Source: an uncultured delta proteobacterium
GTDB lineage: Bacteria > Desulfobacterota > Binatia > UBA9968
DNA: 64,000 nucleotides
NCBI GenBank assembly: GCA_963760795.1
Contig: CAVXEP010000001.1
Location: 96,001 to 160,000 of the forward strand
Reading direction: 5' to 3'
In this document: positions 56,211 through 64,000 of the stretch, in pieces
How the letters are laid out: each line of letters opens with the position of its first letter
How positions within the stretch are numbered: position 1 is the first letter of the stretch
Made by a program: the position numbers and the translations under genes
The notes under the pieces: model-generated
Seen by the model: the letters and a program-made list of their open reading frames with translations, nothing else
The model's database searches: none
Told to the model about the DNA's origin: nothing

Positions 56211-56415
56211 GCCGTCTTTCTTTTAAAAGGCGCTGAACCTGTCCTTTGGGACCGGAGCCTCTGAAAGCATTGATCGGGTCGGCTGGTATCGGAATGATTC
56301 TCGCGGTATTTCCTTCAATTGTCCACTCCAGAGTCGTGTTGGCGCGGATGTTAAGTTTTTTTCTGACCTCGGAAGGAACGGAAACCTGGCCGCGTTTTGT
56401 TACCTTCGTACGCAT
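56182..56415 (-). CDS. AbrB/MazE/SpoVT antitoxin (VapB-like)
   Basis: MRTKVTKRGQVSVPSEVRKKLNI motif. Confidence 0.85.
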   Translation of the reverse strand: MRTKVTKRGQVSVPSEVRKKLNIRANTTLEWTIEGNTARIIPIPADPINAFRGSGPKGQVQRLLKERRLDRRRHYQP

Positions 56416-56500
56416 AAACCAAAGTCTACAAGATGGTAGATTGGAGCACCAAGTAGGTCGCGCTTGGCTGCTTGCCGGTGGCACATCAGCGAGGAATCGA

Positions 56501-58092
56501 CTAGCGTTTCCCTCGTTTCAAATCTTTTAGCACTTCTTTGGCGGCATAATATCCCGGCAAGCCGGTGATGCCGCCGCCGGGGTGGGTCCCGGAGCCGCAG
56601 AGATAGAGGTTGTCAATGGGCGTGCGGTAGCGCGCCCAGCCGGGCACCGGGCGCATGAAGAAGATTTGATCTAACGCCATCTCGGCGTGATAGGGGTGGC
56701 CGCCGGTGAGGCCGTAGGTCTGCTGCCAAATCAAGCGGTGTCAGAACCTGGCGATGTAAGATCGAGTTTCTGAAATCCGGGCGCGTATTCCTCGATCAGG
56801 TTGACGACAGCATCGCCCAAGGTCTCGCGCTGGTCATGCCAATTTGACTCGCGCAAGTGATACGGCGCCGACTGCATCCACACCGACATGACATGCTTGC
56901 CTGCGGGCGCAAGGGTCGGATCGCCGATCGACGGCATGGTGATTTCCAAAAACGGGTGTTTGGAGTAGCGGCCATACTTGGCGTCATCGGCGGCGCGCTC
57001 GAGATAATCAATAGTCGGGCCGATGTGGATGATGCCGCCGAGTTGGGCTGGGGATTCCTGCCGTTGGAATTTTGGCAGGGCGTCCAGTGCCAAGTTGATC
57101 TTCGCCACCGTGCCGCGGGCGCGAATGTTTTGCACTTGCAGCAGGAAATGCGGGTCCAAGTAGGTGGGCTCCACGAGCTCAAGAAAAGTCCGCTTCACGT
57201 CGGCGCTGGAGACGACGGCCGTCGCGGCGATTTCATCGCCGTTGGCTATTACCACCGCGCTTGCAGCGCTCTGTTTAGTTAGAACTTTCACGACTTCGGC
57301 ATTGGTGCGAATCTCCGCGCCATGTTGTTGGGCGGCGTGGGCGAGGGCGGCGGCGAGTTGGCCGATGCCGCCGCGCACCAAGCCGGCGCTGCGCAGGGCG
57401 CCGTTGGATTCACCGATCTGATGGTGCAGCAAGTTAAACGCCGTGCCCTGCTGGCGCGGTCCGACGAAGGAGCCGAGCATGGAGCTTGCCGCCAGGCTCG
57501 CCTTTAATAAATCGTTGTCGAACCACTCGTGCAGCAGATCGGCCATGCTCATCGGCAAAATGCGCAGGAACTCGTGGCCTTCCTTGTCGCCGAGGCCGTG
57601 AAATCTTAAGCCGATCTTCAACAGCTCCAGCGGGTTGAATTCACCGGGGCTCGCTTTGTCAGGCAGTGTCAGGGCGTAAAGAGTGCGCAGGAAAGCCGCG
57701 ATAGTCTTGAGTCTGGCACAAAACGCCGCGTACTTGCTGCCATCGCTTGTTGAATGGCGGCCAATCTCTTCGGCCGCTTTGCTTGGATCTCGCGAAATCG
57801 TCAATGGCTCGCCGCTCAGGCTTGGCGCGAACAGCAAGGGATCGAGGGGCAACAGCTCCAACCCATGTCTTTTGAGCTCGAGATCGGCGCTGACTTCGCT
57901 GGCAAAGCCACTGGCGAGATGGGCGACCGTCGGGAATTTGAAGCCGGGAAAGATTTCTTCCGTGGCGGCGATGCCGCCGACAACCTCACGCCGTTCGAGA
58001 ACGAGAACTTTTCTTCCCGCTTTGGCCAGATAGGCGGCGGTGACCAGCCCATTATGGCCGGCGCCGATGATGATCGCGTCGTAGTTGCCCAT
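56501..58092 (-). CDS. phytoene desaturase-family FAD oxidoreductase (frameshifts near 56735-56775)
   Basis: IIGAGHNGL Rossmann motif, VRGG.G, KINLAL and C-terminal YRTPIDNLYLCGSGTHPGGG. Confidence 0.85.
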
Positions 58093-58158
58093 GATTGCTT
58101 TGTTCCTAAATGTTCAATCACCATGTCAAAGATTCAAAACGCTGTCGAGGGAGGCGGT

Positions 58159-58572
58159 CTAAAGATGGAAACGGTGCTGCAGGTCGGGCGGAACCAAGGG
58201 ACAAATGGCCGTCGGCGTCGTAAATAGCCGGCGGCGCATCCGTGCGATGCCGTCATAGGCGAAGTCGAGTAGCGCCGGCGGTAACCGATTCAAGGCAATT
58301 CCAAGCGCGTGCCAAGGGCCGCCGATGCGCATGAGAACGTAGAGTACGGCTGCCGACTTGACCAGCAATCGTCGATCATGAGTTCGCACCACGACACTAT
58401 CCGGCAAGCGCTGCCGTTGCGCTTGAGGTATCACCGTGGCGCAATACTCCCCCTGCAGCGGTGCATAGTCGAATCTGCTGCCGGCGGGATCTCTGGCGAT
58501 TAGAAAGCGCACCAAGCCATGACAGAGGCCGCAATGGCCGTCGTAAAAAACCGTGATCGGAGATTGGGCCAT
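58159..58572 (-). CDS. DCC1/DUF393 thiol-disulfide oxidoreductase
   Basis: YDGHCGLC (DxxCxxC), APLQ and Y..IAR.R motifs. Confidence 0.88.
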   Translation of the reverse strand: MAQSPITVFYDGHCGLCHGLVRFLIARDPAGSRFDYAPLQGEYCATVIPQAQRQRLPDSVVVRTHDRRLLVKSAAVLYVLMRIGGPWHALGIALNRLPPALLDFAYDGIARMRRRLFTTPTAICPLVPPDLQHRFHL

Positions 58573-58608
58573 CGCTGTGCCGGTAGGCGCGAGGACGTTT
58601 GGGTCTGG

Positions 58609-60189
58609 TTACAGCCGCGAGCTTTTCAAAATCTCCAGCGCCGCCAATCTGCCCGACGCCGCCATGACGCCGCCGCCGGGATGGGTGCAGGCGCCGCACA
58701 TGTAGAGATTTTTGATCGGCGTGCGATATTTCGCCCAGCCGGGCAGGGGTCTTAGAAAGAAAAGTTGGTCCAGCGTCAGCTCGCCCTGAAAAATATTACC
58801 TTCGGTGAGGCCAAATTCTTGCTCCAAATCCCAGGGCGTGACCACTTGGCGATGCAGGATGATATTTTTTATATTCGGCGCGTATTCGCTCAACGTATCG
58901 ATGACCGTGTCGCCCAAGGCCTCGCGTTTCTCGGGCCAAGTGCCGCTGGACAGATGATAGGGCGCGTACTGCACGAAGATCGACATGACATGTTTTCCCG
59001 GCGGCGCCATGGACGGGTCGAGCATCGACGGCAGGATGATGTCCATGTAGGGGCGGCGCGAGTAATCACCGTATTTGGCGTCGTCGTAGGCGCGCTCGAT
59101 GTAGTCCAGGCTCGGGCTGATCGAGATCGCGCCGGCGAGATGGGGGCCGTTGCCGGGCATGCTGGTGAAGTCGGGCAACGCATCGAGGGAAAGATTGACC
59201 TTTGCCGACGAGCCGCGGATTTTGAAATCGCTCACTTGCTTCAAGAACGGCGCGTCCAAATGCTGGCTGTCGACCATTTTCAAAAACGTCCGTTTGGGAT
59301 CGACACTGGAGACTACGACTTTGGCCTGGATCTCTTCGCCGGTGGATAGGACCACGCCGGTGGCCCGGCCATTTTTGATGATCACTTGGTCGACGGTGAC
59401 TTGGGTTCTAATCTCGGCGCTGAAATGGCGCGCGGCTTCGGCGATGGCATTACTGATGGCGCCGGTGCCGCCGCGGGCGAACCCCCAGGACCGAAACGCG
59501 CCGTCGAGCTCGCCCATATAGTGATGCAAGAGCACGTACGCTGTTCCCGGCGAGCGCGGTCCCATGAAGGTGCCGATGATGCCGCTGGCCGACATGGTCG
59601 CCTTGAGCACGTCGGTGTCGAACCATTCGTCGAGAAAATCCGCCGAGCTCATGGTCATGAGTTTTGTCAGCTCGTAGAGCAGTTTCTCACCAAGATCGCG
59701 AAAGTGGCTGCCGACCTTCGCCAAACCGAATAGATCCTTGGGATTCCACGTCGTCGGCTCCGGCGGAACCATGCCGAGGAGCGGTTTGACCGCCATCGCC
59801 ATCTGCGCCATCAACTGACCGTACTGCTCGTAGGCCTCGGCGTCGGTCACCGAATGGCGCGCGATCTCCCGGCGTGTCTGGGAGTGATCGCCAGAGCGGA
59901 ACAGATGGTCGCCGTTGGCCATCGGCGTAAACGTGCTGTCCAGCGGAATGATTTCGAGATCGTACTTCGGCAGCTCGAGATCGCGGATCACTTCCGGTCG
60001 CAGCAGGCTGACGACGTAGGAGCATACGGAATATTTAAACCCCGGATAGATCTCCTCGGTCACAGCGGCGCCGCCGAGCACATGGCGCCGTTCCAGGACG
60101 AGGACTTTTTTGCCGGCTTTGGCGAGATAAGCGGCGCTGGTCAGGCCGTTGTGGCCGCCGCCGATGATGATTGCGTCATATGAAGCCAT
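58609..60189 (-). CDS. phytoene desaturase-family (PYROXD2-like) FAD oxidoreductase
   Basis: GGGHNGL, GGAAVTEE, CSYVVSLLRP, YVLLHH.MGE, GNIFQGE and THPGGGV motifs. Confidence 0.9.
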   Translation of the reverse strand: MASYDAIIIGGGHNGLTSAAYLAKAGKKVLVLERRHVLGGAAVTEEIYPGFKYSVCSYVVSLLRPEVIRDLELPKYDLEIIPLDSTFTPMANGDHLFRSGDHSQTRREIARHSVTDAEAYEQYGQLMAQMAMAVKPLLGMVPPEPTTWNPKDLFGLAKVGSHFRDLGEKLLYELTKLMTMSSADFLDEWFDTDVLKATMSASGIIGTFMGPRSPGTAYVLLHHYMGELDGAFRSWGFARGGTGAISNAIAEAARHFSAEIRTQVTVDQVIIKNGRATGVVLSTGEEIQAKVVVSSVDPKRTFLKMVDSQHLDAPFLKQVSDFKIRGSSAKVNLSLDALPDFTSMPGNGPHLAGAISISPSLDYIERAYDDAKYGDYSRRPYMDIILPSMLDPSMAPPGKHVMSIFVQYAPYHLSSGTWPEKREALGDTVIDTLSEYAPNIKNIILHRQVVTPWDLEQEFGLTEGNIFQGELTLDQLFFLRPLPGWAKYRTPIKNLYMCGACTHPGGGVMAASGRLAALEILKSSRL

Positions 60190-60241
60190 GGTGTGGTTTG
60201 ATTAATGAGGCATATTTGGTAATTTCGACCAGCAAGTCAAT

Positions 60242-60334
60242 CAGAGATGCAGACAGAGATGCGAGATAGAGACAGAATGAAGGCAAATAGATTGGGATGG
60301 GAGGTTGGGCGGTCTCTATCTCAAGGCTCTGTCT
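60242..60334. repeat. AG/CT-rich palindromic element (copy 2)
   Basis: AGACAGAG..GAGATAGAGAC ... GGGCGGTCTCTATCTC..CTCTGTCT. Confidence 0.55.
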
Positions 60335-60341
60335 AGCTGCC

Positions 60342-61541
60342 ATGCCCATCGGAACTCCCTTTCACCCGCGCACCGCGGCGCTCTGCGCTAGTCACAATTG
60401 GCGCACCTGGTCGGGTTACTTTGTCGCCAGCTCCTACGACGTGATGCATGACTATGAGTATCACGCGATTCGCAATACCGCGGCGCTGATCGATGTCTCA
60501 CCGCTGTATAAATACGACGTGCGCGGCAAGGACGCGCTCAAGCTGGTCAACCGCGTGATCACCCGCGACGCCGCGAAATGCGCCGTCGGCCAGGCGCTGT
60601 ACGGCTGTCTGTGCGAAGACGACGGCGCGGTGATTCAAGACGGCACGGTGTTTCGCCTGGGCGCGGACTATTTTCGATTTCATCTTGCCGATCCGGCCCT
60701 GCGCTGGCTCAACCTCAATGCGCGCGGCATGGAGGTTTCGATCCAGGAAGTGTCGGAGCAAGTTGCCGCGCTGGCGCTGCAAGGACCCCACGCCTTGAAA
60801 ATTCTTGAGCGCATCGTCGATGTCGACGTAACTCAGCTTAAATTCTTTCGTCTTAGCTCCGGCAAGATTCTCGACGTGCCGATAATTGTTTCACGCACCG
60901 GCTATACCGGCGATCTCGGCTACGAACTGTGGTTTGGCGCCGAGCATGCGCTCAAGATCTGGGATGTCTTGATCGAGCAGGGCCGCGATTTCGGCATCAA
61001 GCCCACCGGCATACTGGCGCTCGACGTGGCTCGGCTGGAGGCGGGCTTTATTCTCCTCGAAGTCGACTATATCGGCGCCGAAAAGGCGGTGATCGAGTCG
61101 CAGCGTTATTCGCCCTTCGAGATCGGTCTAGGCTGGACGGTGGATTTGCGCAAGGATCATTTCGTCGGCGCCAAAGCGCTGCGGCAATGCGAACCGCAAG
61201 GAGCGGAGCGGCAGATCGTTGGCTTGGAGATAAGCCTGCTCGACTACGAATACCTTTACCAACAAGCCGCCCTGGCGCCGCAATACCCTTTGGTGGCCTG
61301 GCGCGGTAGCGTACCGCTGCGCAAAGATGACCGCCAAGTCGGTTACGCGACCACCGGCGCATGGTCGCCGGCTTTGAAGAAGTACATCGCCCTGGCCACC
61401 CTGGAAAAGAAATGCGTGCCCGAGGGCACGCAGCTCGATATTGAAGTGACGGTGGATCACCAAAAAAAATGTGCCAGCGCAACTGTCGTCAAGTTGCCGT
61501 TCTTCGATCCGCCGCGTAAGCGGTCGGTTTCTCAAGGATAA
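60342..61541 (+). CDS. GcvT-family aminomethyltransferase-like protein
   Basis: TPFH, EYHAIR..AALIDVS, LQGP, SRTGYTGDLGYE, RLEAG and PFFDP motifs. Confidence 0.9.
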   Translation: MPIGTPFHPRTAALCASHNWRTWSGYFVASSYDVMHDYEYHAIRNTAALIDVSPLYKYDVRGKDALKLVNRVITRDAAKCAVGQALYGCLCEDDGAVIQDGTVFRLGADYFRFHLADPALRWLNLNARGMEVSIQEVSEQVAALALQGPHALKILERIVDVDVTQLKFFRLSSGKILDVPIIVSRTGYTGDLGYELWFGAEHALKIWDVLIEQGRDFGIKPTGILALDVARLEAGFILLEVDYIGAEKAVIESQRYSPFEIGLGWTVDLRKDHFVGAKALRQCEPQGAERQIVGLEISLLDYEYLYQQAALAPQYPLVAWRGSVPLRKDDRQVGYATTGAWSPALKKYIALATLEKKCVPEGTQLDIEVTVDHQKKCASATVVKLPFFDPPRKRSVSQG

Positions 61542-61559
61542 ATCAGAATTTTCACTACT

Positions 61560-61627
61560 GATGCCCGACGTCCCGAGCGCATGCCAGGGAGCTAAGTCAA
61601 GATTTCTCCCCTTCGGTCGAAATGACA
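61560..61627. repeat. AGATTTCTC..GAAATGACA palindromic element
   Basis: AGATTTCTCCCCTTCGGTCGAAATGACA matches 44710-44737. Confidence 0.55.
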
Positions 61628-61680
61628 TCAAAATCCGAACTTGGCGTCTTAGCGCCTTGGCGGGAGATAATCTTGTAGAC

Positions 61681-62443
61681 CTAACGCACCGGCCGGACAA
61701 CTACGCCGCGGCTTTGCAGATAGTTTTTGCAGTCAGCGATGGAGTACTCGCGGAAGTGAAAGATCGACGCGGCGAGGGCGGCGCTGGCTTTGCCTGCGGT
61801 GAGCCCGTCGTAGATATGCTCCAAGTTGCCGACGCCGCCGGAGGCGATAACCGGGATATCGACGCGCTCGGAGATCGCCCTGGTCAGCTCTAAGTCGTAG
61901 CCTACTTTGGTCCCGTCACGGTCCATGCTGGTGAGCAGGATCTCTCCCGCGCCGTATTTCTCCATGCGTTCCGCCCATTCACAGGCATCGAAGCCGGTGG
62001 GATTGCGGCCGCCGTGGGTAAACACTTCCCAATGGTCGCCGACACGCTTGGCATCGATGGCGACGACGATGCACTGGCTGCCGAACATCTCCGCGGCTTC
62101 TCTGACAAACTCCGGTCGCCTGACGGCGCCCGTGTTGATCGACGTCTTGTCCGCTCCCGCCTGGAGTAACGCCCGAATATCGCCGACTTGATTGATACCG
62201 CCGCCGACGGTGAGGGGCATGAAGACCTGTTCCGCGGTGCGGGCAACCACGTCGAGGATGATGCCGCGCTGCTTCGTGGGACGCGGTGATGTCGAGAAAG
62301 CACAGTTCGTCGGCGCCTTCGCGGTCGTAGATACGCGCGATCTCCACCGGATCGCCGGCGTCGCGCAGCTCTAGGAACTTTACGCCTTTAACGACTCGAC
62401 CGGCTTTGACATCGAGGCAGGGGATGATTCTTTTTGCCAGCAT
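61681..62443 (-). CDS. hisF: imidazole glycerol phosphate synthase cyclase subunit (frameshift near 62270)
   Basis: [42 protein letters not shown] and IASGG motifs. Confidence 0.95.
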
Positions 62444-62594
62444 GTTAGGCGCAGAGTCTAGCGAAGCCCTCGCTAGTTCACAACAATCACCCCTGTGCGT
62501 CCGAAAACCAGCATTCCGAGAAACCTTTGGCGATTCCATAACTTGGCGCCGCATCGAGGCTGAACATAGGCGATACAGTCTTAGTACTTTTGGC

Positions 62595-62743
62595 TTGACG
62601 TAGCTGGGTAATTTGGATATTAACCGCCAAAACCGGTACTAATAGCCGACTAATTACTAACATTTATTTCATGAATACGACTTTTAGCTTGACAGAATTG
62701 GCAGGGTGGGCTAAAAAATGCCGGAAGTAGTACTTAATAAGTA
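62595..62743 (+). promoter_or_regulatory. tandem sigma-70 promoters plus palindromic operator
   Basis: TTGACG-N17-TATTAA (62595-62623), TTGACA-N17-TAAAAA (62689-62717) and TACTTA-A-TAAGTA (62731-62743). Confidence 0.55.
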
Positions 62744-62771
62744 TTAAATTTCAGGGAGGCAAAAGGAGGCA

Positions 62772-64000
62772 ATGGGTATGAAGAAGAAGAGTATGTGGTT
62801 AGCGAGTTTGCTAGCTGCTTTCCTTCTAGCGGCGGGAACGGTTCAAGCGCAGAGCGTGAGTGACAAGATCAGCGCGCTCGAGCAGGAACTCCAGCAGCTA
62901 AAAGAATCGCAGATCGAGTTGAAGAAAGAGGCGACGGCGGCGGCGGCGGCGATGCCCTCGTTTTCGTATCGTCCCGGCAACGGCATGATGATCGAAGCGG
63001 CCGACAAGTCGTGGTCGTTCCGTCATTCGTTCGAAGCGCATATGCGCTACAATTTTACTCAGGGCCGCGACCAGGTCGGCCGCAGCCAGGGCGAGTTGGA
63101 AGGGCGGCGCTTCCGGCCGGAGTTTTATCTGTGCGTCAACAACTGCCTATGGCAGATCGACTGGCGCCTGGACTTGGACGGCTTCGGCGGCAACACGCCG
63201 TTACAGCGCGGCGTAATCTATTTCAATGCCGACCAGCTCAATCCCTGGTTGCCAAGCTGTGCAGTTCGGCATGGACACGACCAACTCGGGTCCGGTCAGC
63301 TTGTCGCGCCAGGGCTCGGGCGCCACGGGCGCGCAGGCCGAGTACGACATGTTGACCCAGGCTTTAGGGTTCAACACCGGCAGCGCCAGCTCCGGCATGA
63401 CCCTTACCTGGGATGACCGCTCGTTGTCGAGCATCGGCATACCCGGCCGCATCGGCCGCTTCCAAGTCGGCATGAACGCCTACGGCGAAGGCGGCGACGG
63501 CACGGCAGCTCCTGACCGACCGCAAAGACTTCCATGCCTACTTCAATATCCAGCCGTTCTCGCAGGTGAAGAACAAATGGATCAGCGGTTTAACCCTCGA
63601 GTATGGCGCATGGTTCTGTAACTCGGATAACCGCGCGGCGGCCAATGGTTGCAACCAGTACCGCATCCAGACTAACGCCCGTGCCGGTCGGCAGACGCTG
63701 TTTAGCACCGGCGCCAACTCGGTGGGCGACGGCCTGACGATCCAACAGGGTCCCGGTTTGGTGTGGAACGTCGGCCCGTATACCTTACGGTCGATGTACG
63801 ATTGGCAAAGATCCGAGGATCGGGGCACCGGCATCGGCAACGCAGCCAATGGCCAGAGGCCAAAAGAAAGCCAGTGTATTCCTGATCGGTCACGATCTGT
63901 TTCTGTGGAGTCCCAAGGGCTGGTTGACCGGGTCGTCGACGACGCCTGGCTCGATCTTGTTCGGCTACCACTTTGAGCGCACCGACTTGTCGGTGGGTTG
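62772..64000 (+). CDS. outer-membrane porin-like protein (OprO/P-like architecture), partial and frameshifted
   Basis: AAGGAGG RBS, signal peptide, coiled coil, then alternating aromatic beta strands including RRFRP; continues through frames 63226 and 63566 off the window end. Confidence 0.6.

Noticed and set aside
56501-60189. Carotenoid biosynthesis (crtI)
   Set aside because: No crtB/crtE or hopanoid genes; motifs fit the PYROXD2-like subgroup
60342-61541. Glycine cleavage T protein
   Set aside because: No gcvH or gcvP, and the N-terminus is divergent; called only GcvT-family
62260-62285. Programmed frameshifting in hisF or other split genes
   Set aside because: No slippery site or stimulatory structure; indels are scattered across many unrelated genes

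Overview
A 64 kb GC-rich bacterial chromosomal window. Gene content (many orphan NMT1/TctC-type binding proteins, VOC/cupin/OCD paralogues, AddAB) suggests Candidatus Binatia or a related deltaproteobacterial lineage; this is inference. Housekeeping genes: addAB, ggt, yqjDEK, class-V aminotransferase-serA-purA, radC, rlmI, moaC, trxB, hisF. Several catabolic clusters have unknown substrates. Many genes, including core ones, carry single-base frameshifts, most likely long-read indel errors. Top observations: (1) a GrdB-family selenoprotein hidden by an in-frame TGA with a SECIS-like hairpin, whose UxxCxxC motif is changed to UxxGxxS. It is paired with a GrdE-like protein lacking the processing cysteines, has no grdA/C/D nearby, and lies downstream of a bicupin, an EutA-like ATPase and a secreted hydrolase. 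(2) A ZTP (pfl) riboswitch with promoter and terminator ahead of the aminotransferase-serA-purA operon. (3) A paired-paralogue FAH/VOC/SBP/isochorismatase cluster. (4) A His-to-Asn pseudo-histidine kinase. (5) A vapBC locus with most of the toxin deleted. (6) Several families of intergenic palindromic repeats. No rRNA, tRNA or CRISPR array was seen.
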